20,000 bases of DNA from a bacterium UBP13_UBA5359 (GTDB lineage: Bacteria; UBP13; UBA5359): contig DHPR01000004.1 in NCBI GenBank assembly GCA_002410925.1, positions 56,695 to 76,694 of the forward strand. Direction: 5' to 3'. A model generated the notes under the pieces. That model searched no databases, was not told the DNA's origin, and saw only the letters and a program-made list of their open reading frames with translations. The translations under genes and the position numbers were made by a program. Positions 6,470-14,451 of the stretch are shown piece after piece (position 1 is the stretch's first letter; every line of letters starts with the position of its first letter).

Positions 6470-7336
6470 ATGGATAAAGAGGTCTTCGGCGGATACAGCC
6501 ATAATGCGCATGAATGTGCGGGCTGTAAGGATACACATCAGCACAATCATAGCCATAACCATGAACACCGCCATGCTCATAACCATGAGCATGGCGGGTT
6601 AAGCCTTGATATCTTGCTGCTTCGCACGGGTGTTCTGCTTATCTATGCCGTTTTATTGGCCAAAGTATTTCTGCACCATGAAATTACGCTTTATATAAAA
6701 AAGGATCTAATCTGGCTGACGGCAGCCGCAGGTTTTTTCGTTATGCTGATGTTGATCTCTACTCTGATGACGGTTTATAAGGTCTCCTTACGGATGCCTG
6801 ATGATAATGGCTACGGCGGCATAGCCTTTTACGGTCTCAGAATTCCGACCAAGGAGTTTCTCGGCTGCATAATTATCCTGATGCCTGCTCTGCTGGGACT
6901 TCTCTTTACGCCTCAATCGCTGGATTCTTTTGCAGCAGGCAGGCGAGGTATTTCCGGAAAAGCTCCTGTGGCCGTCAATAAGATGGAACCGATCAAATCC
7001 AGAGAGATATCGTTGTTGCGTCTGGCCGGCGGGCTGGAGCAGGAGCCGGAAAAGTTTATCGGTCGCGATTTTGCCTTTGTGGGCTTTGTAGGCCATGATG
7101 AAAAGCTGGGGGCGGAGCGCTTCTATCTTGTGCGTTTTGTCATCTCCTGCTGTGCGGCCGACGCCACGCCGCTGGGCTTTGAGGTTGATTATCCCGAGGC
7201 GGAAGAGCTGAAGGATAACCAGTGGGTAAAGGTGGAAGGTCATGTTATAAAGAGAGATGATAAGAGCGATTGGCCGTATGCCATCAAGGCTTCTCGAGTT
7301 CAGCCAGTCAAGAAGCCGTATAATCCATATTTATAA
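6470..7336 (+). CDS. TIGR03943/DUF1980-family putative permease subunit (B. subtilis YcgQ-like) with N-terminal poly-His/CxxC tail
   Basis: GAGGTG RBS before ATG 6470, three TM-like segments, and conserved RFVISCCAADA, DNQWVKVEG and C-terminal PYNPYL. It is adjacent to the DUF318 permease, as is typical for the pair. Confidence 0.85.
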   Translation: MDKEVFGGYSHNAHECAGCKDTHQHNHSHNHEHRHAHNHEHGGLSLDILLLRTGVLLIYAVLLAKVFLHHEITLYIKKDLIWLTAAAGFFVMLMLISTLMTVYKVSLRMPDDNGYGGIAFYGLRIPTKEFLGCIIILMPALLGLLFTPQSLDSFAAGRRGISGKAPVAVNKMEPIKSREISLLRLAGGLEQEPEKFIGRDFAFVGFVGHDEKLGAERFYLVRFVISCCAADATPLGFEVDYPEAEELKDNQWVKVEGHVIKRDDKSDWPYAIKASRVQPVKKPYNPYL

Positions 7337-7379
7337 CGGCTGCCTAAATATCCTTTTCTGAGGTAGATTACCTATAGAT

Positions 7380-7392
7380 CCGCCTTCGGCGG
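7380..7392 (+). terminator. Short GC hairpin after the permease pair (possible terminator/pause)
   Basis: CCGCC-TTC-GGCGG lies 43 nt after the stop, with no clear U-tract. A second small inverted repeat, AGGTA-GAT-TACCT, sits at 7361-7373. Confidence 0.25.
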
Positions 7393-7443
7393 CGCTGTAT
7401 GCAGCTCAAATAAACATACCCGGAAACCTGAGCATTTACCTTC

Positions 7444-7472
7444 TTGTTTTTGCTGAAAAAGAGTGCTAAAAT
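7444..7472 (+). promoter_or_regulatory. Candidate sigma70/sigmaA promoter for the TetR efflux operon
   Basis: TTGTTT (7444-7449), 17 nt, TAAAAT (7467-7472) with an upstream TG (extended -10). Confidence 0.6.
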
Positions 7473-7501
7473 AAATTAACTAACCGGTTAGTTAATTTAT
7501 T
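7470..7501. promoter_or_regulatory. 32-bp perfect palindrome, probable TetR operator
   Basis: AATAAATTAACTAACC|GGTTAGTTAATTTATT overlaps the -10 and start site just upstream of a TetR-family gene. Confidence 0.85.
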
Positions 7502-7514
7502 GGCGGTGATAGCA

Positions 7515-8123
7515 TTGTCAGAAGATAAGAAGCGAGGGCGCAGGGAGCTGAAGGATTCTCCCGAGGTCAAACAGGATGTCTTCGATGCCGCGGTGAGGGT
7601 CTTTGCCCGATATGGTTATGGGGCAGCATCGGTACAGAAGATTGCTGATACGGCCGGAGTAAATAAGGCTATGCTTTATTATTACTTCGGCAGCAAGGAA
7701 GAGCTCTATAATCTTATTATAGGCAAAAGTATAAATGCGCTGGAAACGGCGGTGGCTGCAGCGGAGAATAAAGATATATCCCTGGAGGAGCGGCTACGGC
7801 GATTTCTTACTGCCTATCTTGGCGTGGCGATAGCGCAGCCGGGTCTGGCACGTATCATTTACCGGGAAATCATTGAGTTAGGTGAGCGAGTTAGGCAGAT
7901 GGTGACTGATCATTTCACCGGCAGCATAGAACGTTTGGCAGCTGTGCTGGAGCAGGCACAGGAGGAAGGGCATTTGGCTGGTGTGGATGCATCTCTATCG
8001 GCTTATTCTCTTTTCGGTATGGCCAATATCTTTATTTCCAGGCTCATGATAACGGAGCATTCCTTGGATAATGATGTTCTGGTCGATCATATATTGAAGC
8101 TCTTTTTCAGTGGTGCGGGTTAA
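7515..8123 (+). CDS. TetR/AcrR-family transcriptional regulator
   Basis: N-terminal HTH VFDAAVRVFARYGYGAASVQKIADTAGVNKAMLYYYFGSKEELY. The likely start is TTG 7515 after GGCGGTGA; the ORF-track start 7500 lies inside the operator. Confidence 0.92.
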   Translation: MSEDKKRGRRELKDSPEVKQDVFDAAVRVFARYGYGAASVQKIADTAGVNKAMLYYYFGSKEELYNLIIGKSINALETAVAAAENKDISLEERLRRFLTAYLGVAIAQPGLARIIYREIIELGERVRQMVTDHFTGSIERLAAVLEQAQEEGHLAGVDASLSAYSLFGMANIFISRLMITEHSLDNDVLVDHILKLFFSGAG

Positions 8124-8152
8124 TTTTTTGTTCGGTATGTAGGAGGCATTGC

Positions 8153-9505
8153 ATGAAACGGTGGAATCTATTATTGCTTGCCTGTATGTGCCTCGGCAGC
8201 GTTTGCACTGCCCAGGCGGATACATTGAGCTTGTCTGAGGCCGTCGGAACGGCTTTGATCTTTAATCAGGAGTTGGCTGCGGCCAGGGCAGATATAGCTG
8301 TTGCAGCTGCTAAGCTGCAACAGCTACGTTCCCAGGGCAGGCTGCAGGCAGGACTGGATCTCAGCTTTACGCACCTGGAGACGGCGCCTCTTCTTGAGGT
8401 GCCGCCCATAGATATCCCTCTGCTGCATACCAGCATTACTCTGCAGCCCTTTGCTCTCTCCAAACAGGATATGTTGAGAAGCTCTCTCTCCCTACAAAAG
8501 GTTCTGTCTACCGGAGGACGTATAGAATACGGTGAAGCACAGATCAAGGAAGCGGTGGCGGCGCTGGAGGCAAGAGTTGAAGCCAAAGCCGATGAGATTG
8601 CCATGTCGACGGTCAAAGCTTACTTAGGGGCGGTTCTGGCACAGAGAATGGCCGAAGTGGCCGAGCAGGCTTACCGGGTTGTCGAGCGCCATGTATCCCA
8701 GGCGGAGGCAGTTTTTAAAGCCGGCATGGTTCCTCGCTATGAGGTTATCCGAGCGCAGACAGAGCTGGCCAATCAGGATCGGCGTCGTTTGGATGCGCAT
8801 AATCAAGTAGACCTGGCGCTGAATCTGCTGCAGGATTTTATGGGAGTGACTTTGGAGGAACCGCCGGTTCTCAGCACCTCCTTTTCAGGCAAAGAAAACA
8901 TGGATGAGGAGCTGGAGGAGATGATTCGGAGCGTAATGCAATCTTCACCGGCTATCAAAGCGCTGCAAGCGCGGGATCGTCTTTACTCTGCCGCTGCTGC
9001 CTCGGCCAGGGCGGAGAGACGCCCTGTCATAGGCGCTGCAATCGGATTGGAGCTTTACAGAGAGGACCTGCCGTTGACCACTCCAGAGGGATATGCCGGC
9101 ATAGTAGCCAGGTTTCCCATTCTGGATGGTGGCCTATCACAGGCCAGGGAAGCTGAACAACTGGCGCTGAAAGAGCGTAATGTGGCAGATATGCAGCGTT
9201 TGCAAAACGGACTGCGTCTGGAAGTAAAGAAGTATTATTTCGATCTGAACAGCGCCCGCAAGGCATTGCAGGCAGCCGACAAGGCGGTGGAATTGGCTTC
9301 AGAGAATTTACGCTTGGCCACAAGGCGTTTTGAAGTTGGGGAGGGGACCAGTATCGAGAAGGTGGACGCTGTGCTGGCGCTCTCTCTGGCTGTAGCCAAC
9401 AGGGAGCAGGCATGTTATCAGTATGATCTCTCTTATTATGGATTGAGAAAGGCTGCCGGCCGCATCAGGACGGAATTAGATGGGGGGATGAAAGATAATG
9501 GCTGA
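8153..9505 (+). CDS. TolC-family outer-membrane efflux channel
   Basis: AGGAGG RBS and a signal peptide ending AQA|DT. OEP-repeat features include LSLSEAVGTAL..N, FKAGMV...EV.RA and ENLRLATRRFEVGEGTSIEKVDA. Confidence 0.88.
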   Translation: MKRWNLLLLACMCLGSVCTAQADTLSLSEAVGTALIFNQELAAARADIAVAAAKLQQLRSQGRLQAGLDLSFTHLETAPLLEVPPIDIPLLHTSITLQPFALSKQDMLRSSLSLQKVLSTGGRIEYGEAQIKEAVAALEARVEAKADEIAMSTVKAYLGAVLAQRMAEVAEQAYRVVERHVSQAEAVFKAGMVPRYEVIRAQTELANQDRRRLDAHNQVDLALNLLQDFMGVTLEEPPVLSTSFSGKENMDEELEEMIRSVMQSSPAIKALQARDRLYSAAAASARAERRPVIGAAIGLELYREDLPLTTPEGYAGIVARFPILDGGLSQAREAEQLALKERNVADMQRLQNGLRLEVKKYYFDLNSARKALQAADKAVELASENLRLATRRFEVGEGTSIEKVDAVLALSLAVANREQACYQYDLSYYGLRKAAGRIRTELDGGMKDNG

Positions 9506-10790
9506 AAGGAAAGGGGTTTTTTCAAGAATTTTGAAGGCGGCACGCCCAAAAGAAGTGATAGCGGTTCTATTGGCAATAGTGGTATTTCTGATCGGTTATT
9601 ATGTAATAGGGCGTCACAGCGCTGGCTCGCTTTTGTCTACATCTATTGATACTCGGGCAGGTGCCGGAGCGAGCGGGTTCACGGTTGACGGCACTTTGGA
9701 AACGGATGAGGTGGATATATCCAGCAAGCTGCCGGGGCGTTTGTTACAGCTTTTGGTTGAAGAGGGCGACCGAGTCTCCGCAGGACAGGTAGTGGCGCTG
9801 CTTGAGGCGGATGAGATAGAGGCCAAGTGCCGTCAGGCTGAAGCGGGTGTCAGGGCAGCCCAGGTGCAGGTGGCTCAGGGAGATATAGCCGTTAACCTGG
9901 AGCAGCTTAAATCCGGTGATCAAGTAGACCAAGCGGCTGCCGGTGTCAAGGCGGCCAGAGCTGCACTGAGCATGGCCCAGGCTAAATTAGCTGTGCTGGA
10001 GAAGGGCGCCAGGCCGCAGGAGATAGCTCAGGCGACAGAGGGCGTGGCTGCAGCTCGAGCGGCCTTTGATACGGCTGAAAAGACTTATCGGCGTGTGAAG
10101 GGATTATCGGACGAGGGTGTGCTTTCGCAGCAGAAAGCGGATGAGGCAGAGATGGCTTATCGCAGCGCTTCGGCTCAGCTTTCCGCCGCCTCAGCCAGGC
10201 TCAGTCTGGTTAGGGAAGGTGCTCGGAAGGAAGAAATCGAGGCGGCAAGGGAGCAAGTGCATCAGGCCGAAGCGGGCCTGTGTGCTGCTCAGAGCAAACT
10301 GCAGATGGCTCATAATGCCAGGCTGATGGTAAACGTACGGCAGAAGGATGTAGAGGCGGCCCGGCAGAAAGTAGCCGCCAGCGAGGGGGCTCTTATGGAG
10401 GCGGGAGCTTATCGCAATCAGACGCGTATCGTCAGTCCTATCAGCGGCACGATCAGCCGGCGTATGAGCCGCAGCGGCGAGATTGTGGCTCCGGGATATG
10501 CCATTCTATCGGTATCCAGGGACAGCGGTTACTGGGTAGACGTTTATATTGATGAGAACAGGTTTACCGGGCGCTCCAAGGGAGAGCGAGTCAGGGTGGA
10601 GATTCCGGCTCTTGGTAAAATGTTGCCGGGCAGGATAGCGCGCATTATGCCGGCGGCCGATTTTGCCGTCAAGCGAGCTACCAACGAGAAGGGCTCCTAC
10701 GATATTCGGGCACTCAAAGTCAGGGTCATGCTGGATGACAACCTTGAGAACCTGGCCGTCGGGCTGACAGCCAGGGTTCATTTTGGCTGA
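9498..10790 (+). CDS. HlyD-family membrane fusion (periplasmic adaptor) protein
   Basis: N-terminal TM helix, split lipoyl halves (ISSKLPGRLLQLLVEEGDRVSAGQVVALL; IVSPISGTI) and a long Ala/Gln-rich helical hairpin. It overlaps the TolC gene by 8 nt. Confidence 0.92.
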   Translation: MAERKGVFSRILKAARPKEVIAVLLAIVVFLIGYYVIGRHSAGSLLSTSIDTRAGAGASGFTVDGTLETDEVDISSKLPGRLLQLLVEEGDRVSAGQVVALLEADEIEAKCRQAEAGVRAAQVQVAQGDIAVNLEQLKSGDQVDQAAAGVKAARAALSMAQAKLAVLEKGARPQEIAQATEGVAAARAAFDTAEKTYRRVKGLSDEGVLSQQKADEAEMAYRSASAQLSAASARLSLVREGARKEEIEAAREQVHQAEAGLCAAQSKLQMAHNARLMVNVRQKDVEAARQKVAASEGALMEAGAYRNQTRIVSPISGTISRRMSRSGEIVAPGYAILSVSRDSGYWVDVYIDENRFTGRSKGERVRVEIPALGKMLPGRIARIMPAADFAVKRATNEKGSYDIRALKVRVMLDDNLENLAVGLTARVHFG

Positions 10791-10804
10791 GACGGAGGAC
10801 GCAT

Positions 10805-11971
10805 ATGTTTATCAAACGATTGTACCATCTCATGCAGAGAGAATGGGCTATTCTGACTTCCGATCTTCGTCTGCTGGCCATCGTCCTGCTGGTGCCGATA
10901 GGCTATACTCTTCTTTTAGGCAGCATCTATCAGCCTAAAAGAGTATCCGCCATTCCTACCTGGGTTATCGATGAGGATAATAGTGCTCTCAGTCGAGCTG
11001 TTCGCGACGGGGTGGCATACGACGAGACATTTTCCCTGGTACATGAGGGCGGAACTATCGAAGAGTTCAGGAAGGCAAACCTGCAGGGGAGCGCTTTTGC
11101 CTGCATTGTCATACCGAAGCATTTTGAAGCGGATGTGAAACGAGGACACGCTGCCAGGCTGTTGACGTTGATAGACGGCAGTAATATGCTCATTGCCAAC
11201 AGCGTCTTGCGCGGTGCTGCATCCATAGGTGGTACTTTCTCGGCCGGCATCCTGATCAAGCGTCTCTCTATGCGCGGCACTCCCTCCGGCAGCGCTCTGA
11301 CTGCTGCCGTGCCGGTGACATCTGAAACCAGGGTCTGGTATAATCCTGCCTTCGACTATCTGGATTTTCTGTTGCCCGGTTTGCTGGCAACCGTTGTTCA
11401 GCAGGTGACGTTGCTGGGGGTGGCTCTGGCCTTCACTCGCGAGCGTGAAAGAAAGCTGACCGGCGATCTTTTGCAGATAACCGACAGCCCATTAGAAGTG
11501 TTGCTGTCCAAAGGCATTTTTTATACGCTGATAAACCTGTTCACGGCTGCAGTTGCCTTTACCATCGCCGTTAGGTTTTTTCATATGTCGCTGGGGGGAT
11601 CGTTGGGCTTGCTGGCAATTCTTTTGACCGTTTTTATCATTGCTCTGGTAGGGCTGGGTCTGGTGGTTAGCGCCGTTTGCCGGGATTCTCTCTTTGCTAC
11701 TCAGGTGCTGATGCTGATAGCTGTGCCGTCGTTTCTTTTCAGCGGTTTTACCTGGCCGCAGATCTCTATGAGCGGCTGGGTACTGGGTTTGAGCAATGCT
11801 TTGCCTTTGACCCATTTTGTTCTGCCGCTCAGGCAGATAGTAGTTCAGGGTGGAAATATGGAAGCCGTCCGTTCTCATCTGTTATGGCTATGGGGCCTGG
11901 CAGGTAGCTGCTATGCCGCAGCTTATCCGATGGTACGTCTCTCTTTGAGACGTGAGGCGAGCAAGTTATAA
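10805..11971 (+). CDS. ABC-2 type transporter permease (YbhR/YhhJ-like)
   Basis: GGAGG RBS, an N-terminal TM plus extracytoplasmic loop (VIDEDNSALSR), WYNP..DYLDFLLPG, FTRERE and FLFSGFTWP...M...LSNALPLTHF. Confidence 0.9.
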   Translation: MFIKRLYHLMQREWAILTSDLRLLAIVLLVPIGYTLLLGSIYQPKRVSAIPTWVIDEDNSALSRAVRDGVAYDETFSLVHEGGTIEEFRKANLQGSAFACIVIPKHFEADVKRGHAARLLTLIDGSNMLIANSVLRGAASIGGTFSAGILIKRLSMRGTPSGSALTAAVPVTSETRVWYNPAFDYLDFLLPGLLATVVQQVTLLGVALAFTRERERKLTGDLLQITDSPLEVLLSKGIFYTLINLFTAAVAFTIAVRFFHMSLGGSLGLLAILLTVFIIALVGLGLVVSAVCRDSLFATQVLMLIAVPSFLFSGFTWPQISMSGWVLGLSNALPLTHFVLPLRQIVVQGGNMEAVRSHLLWLWGLAGSCYAAAYPMVRLSLRREASKL

Positions 11972-12079
11972 CTATGAATTTGCGAACAGATCCAAATTTT
12001 ATATGCATCCTGCCCAAGTAATTTATTTTGATGCCTGCTGTCGTATGGCGTAAGTAGTTAAATCTTACTTTCCTTAAGA

Positions 12080-12115
12080 TATACCCCTTGCGGGCACGTG
12101 CCCGCAAGGGGTATA
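12080..12115. promoter_or_regulatory. 36-bp perfect palindrome spanning a sigma70-type promoter; probable LacI-family operator
   Basis: TATACCCCTTGCGGGCAC|GTGCCCGCAAGGGGTATA contains -35 TTGCGG (12088-12093) and runs into -10 TATAAT (12112-12117, 18-nt spacer). The central CG is typical of LacI/GalR operators, and a LacI gene lies downstream. Confidence 0.8.
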
Positions 12116-12145
12116 ATTGCTCTTACAGATAAGAAGGAGGCTGTT

Positions 12146-13381
12146 ATGAGCAATATGGAGAGAGCGATAAAATCCAATTTACAATGGTTTCTGCAATCGG
12201 GTGTTATGGACCCGGCCGACGGCACCTGGGGAGTTGCTGAGCGCGTCCTTCTGGCCAAAGGAAATGAAGCTTTGGGAAAAACATTATCGGATTTTGATAG
12301 CTACACGCCTTATGAAGGCTATTATATTCTGGAACATCGTCGTCCTGATTGCAACTTTGAAGTTGCTTTGCTCTTTCTGCTGGCAGCAAGAGCTTTCGGT
12401 AATGAGAATTACCGGAACGTAGGGCGCAATCTGGTGCGTTATCTCTATCGGCGCAGCGGTTGCCGCACCAACACTGCCTCTGTAATGCTGCCCGGCATTT
12501 GGGGTTGGGCAACGCCGCCACCGCATTTGCAGCAAAGCTACTGGCTGGATGATAATTCCTGGGACGTAACGCTCTCGCTATTGATAAGTGAATTGGATCC
12601 ATTGCTCGATGCAGAATTGAATTTGCGGCAAAAGGGCTTGGAGAGTGCTTATGCCCTTTGTAAATACTTTGACCGTATGCTTAAAGAAGAGGACCCGCCG
12701 ACGAAACTTCCTTTAAACGGAGCTGACCAGGCGCCCCATTTTTCGGCTCTGGCTCTAATGGCTTGCGCCAAGGCCTGGCATCACAGCCGGGAAGATGCTT
12801 TTCTGAAGCCGATGCGCAGGTATCTTGAACTGGTCGCTGCAGATGGAATAGCGAGCAATGTGTGGTTAGTGCGCGGTGGCGGCAAGCTGACGCCCAGTGA
12901 ACATACCTACCTCATATTGGGGTTATCCTGCTGTGCCGGTACGCCTCTTGAAGAGAGGGCGGTAGCGTTAGCCTGCCGCTCAGCCGATTTTATTCTGTCC
13001 ATTATGGATGAGAACGGCAACATACCCAGCAAACATTTCGAGGCGCCTCAGGGCGACCACCTCGTTGATCTGATTTATACGCAGAACTGGGCCACGCTGG
13101 GGTTGGTTAATCTGGTCTCTGTAACAGGAAAGACAGAGTATGCCAGGGTTCTAAAGAAATCGATGGATATGCTGGTAGCCATCCAGGATAGCTCCCCGCA
13201 GAAGCATCTTTGCGGCTGCTGGCGCGGAATGTATGATCTTGACGCCGGAACATGGGGCGGCGGTGACGAATATGAGGGCGGGGCCGGCAGTATATACACC
13301 GGCTGGACCAATGCTCCCATCTCGTTGGCCCTGCTGATGCAGGCCAACGGCTGGACGCTGCTGCATGGCGGCCAGCGTTAG
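12146..13381 (+). CDS. Hypothetical protein, 411 aa, probable (alpha/alpha)-barrel (six-hairpin glycosidase-like) enzyme
   Basis: AAGGAGG RBS (12134-12140) before ATG 12146, with no signal peptide. It shows repeated amphipathic helix pairs ending in segments such as SIMDENGNIP and AIQDSS...GCW, and acidic/aromatic motifs YWLDDNSW, DLIYTQNW and EYEGG...YTGWTN. The fold is inferred. Confidence 0.6.
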   Translation: MSNMERAIKSNLQWFLQSGVMDPADGTWGVAERVLLAKGNEALGKTLSDFDSYTPYEGYYILEHRRPDCNFEVALLFLLAARAFGNENYRNVGRNLVRYLYRRSGCRTNTASVMLPGIWGWATPPPHLQQSYWLDDNSWDVTLSLLISELDPLLDAELNLRQKGLESAYALCKYFDRMLKEEDPPTKLPLNGADQAPHFSALALMACAKAWHHSREDAFLKPMRRYLELVAADGIASNVWLVRGGGKLTPSEHTYLILGLSCCAGTPLEERAVALACRSADFILSIMDENGNIPSKHFEAPQGDHLVDLIYTQNWATLGLVNLVSVTGKTEYARVLKKSMDMLVAIQDSSPQKHLCGCWRGMYDLDAGTWGGGDEYEGGAGSIYTGWTNAPISLALLMQANGWTLLHGGQR

Positions 13382-13388
13382 TACAGCT

Positions 13389-14432
13389 ATGAGAAAGGCG
13401 ACTTTACAGGATATAGCGGATTTGGCCGGCGTATCCAGGGCTACGGTAGATAGAGCATTGCATGGGCGAGGCAGAGTTATGGAAGGAACTCGGCAAAACA
13501 TACTTCGCATAGCCAGAGAACTTAACCATAGCCCCAATCTGAGAGCGCGAGGGCTGAAGCTGTCACAGAGCTTTCTGATAGGCATGGTAGTACCTAATAT
13601 TTCCAAGTCCTTCTATGCCGACGTGGTTGAAGGAACGGAGGAATGTTTAAAAGAGCACGGTTATGGCCTGATTTTATGCAATATCGTTGCCCGGCAGAGC
13701 GCCGAACGCTACCAGACCATACTGAGAATGCAGGGCGTAGATGGAATCATATCCTGCGCTGAGACTGGATACGGTTGGGAGAGGCATTTACGGGCATTTG
13801 CCGATGAAGGAACTCCTGTCGCCATGATTAATTATCGGGTGAGAGGGGTAGACGGACCCGTTGTCTATGTCAATCAGAGAAAAGGCGGTTATCTGGCTGC
13901 CAAATGCCTGCTCGATGCCGGCCATCGCCGGATAATGTTCATCGGCAGATCGAAGGGCTATATAAATCTGGAACGAAAGCAGGGTTATCGTCAGGCTCTG
14001 AAAGAGGCCGGCATTGAGCCGGAAGAGCAGCTAAGTATCAGTTTCGAGAATTGGGATGAAGAGTTTGATCTCTTCGTAAATGGGCTTATGGGCGGGAAAG
14101 AGCCGCCGACAGCTGCCTTTATTCCCTCCGATCTGGCAGCTGCCAGGTTCATAAACCGGCTGCAAAGCAGAGGCTACCGCGTACCGGATGATCTATCCGT
14201 AGTAGGATTTGATGATCTTTCCAGTCTGGAGTGGTTTATTCCTAGACTAACGACTATCAGGCAGCAGAAGAAAGAGATGGGCTTTTATGCCGCCGAATTG
14301 CTGCTAGCCGGTTTAAAAGGCCGAGAAACAAAGGATATCCTTCTCGATGTTAGTCTGGTTGAGCGCCATACGGTTGCATCTTTGCCAGAACGGAAGATTG
14401 CAGATTTTAAAGGAGATGTAACCGGCGGGTAA
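13389..14432 (+). CDS. LacI/GalR-family transcriptional repressor
   Basis: HTH ATLQDIADLAGVSRATVDRALHG, hinge PNLRARGL and sugar-binding domain VPDDLSVVGFDD...PRLTTIRQ. ATG 13365 is an alternative start. Confidence 0.95.
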   Translation: MRKATLQDIADLAGVSRATVDRALHGRGRVMEGTRQNILRIARELNHSPNLRARGLKLSQSFLIGMVVPNISKSFYADVVEGTEECLKEHGYGLILCNIVARQSAERYQTILRMQGVDGIISCAETGYGWERHLRAFADEGTPVAMINYRVRGVDGPVVYVNQRKGGYLAAKCLLDAGHRRIMFIGRSKGYINLERKQGYRQALKEAGIEPEEQLSISFENWDEEFDLFVNGLMGGKEPPTAAFIPSDLAAARFINRLQSRGYRVPDDLSVVGFDDLSSLEWFIPRLTTIRQQKKEMGFYAAELLLAGLKGRETKDILLDVSLVERHTVASLPERKIADFKGDVTGG

Positions 14433-14451
14433 TAAACGGAGGTGTTTTTTT

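Noticed and set aside
6536-6592. CAT/CAC periodic repeats as a tandem repeat or CRISPR array
   Set aside because: They are fully explained by His codons of the (HX)n tract.
7337-7440. Structured ncRNA between the permease pair and TetR promoter
   Set aside because: Only short 5-bp stems are present, with no recognisable family features. It is kept just as a weak terminator candidate.
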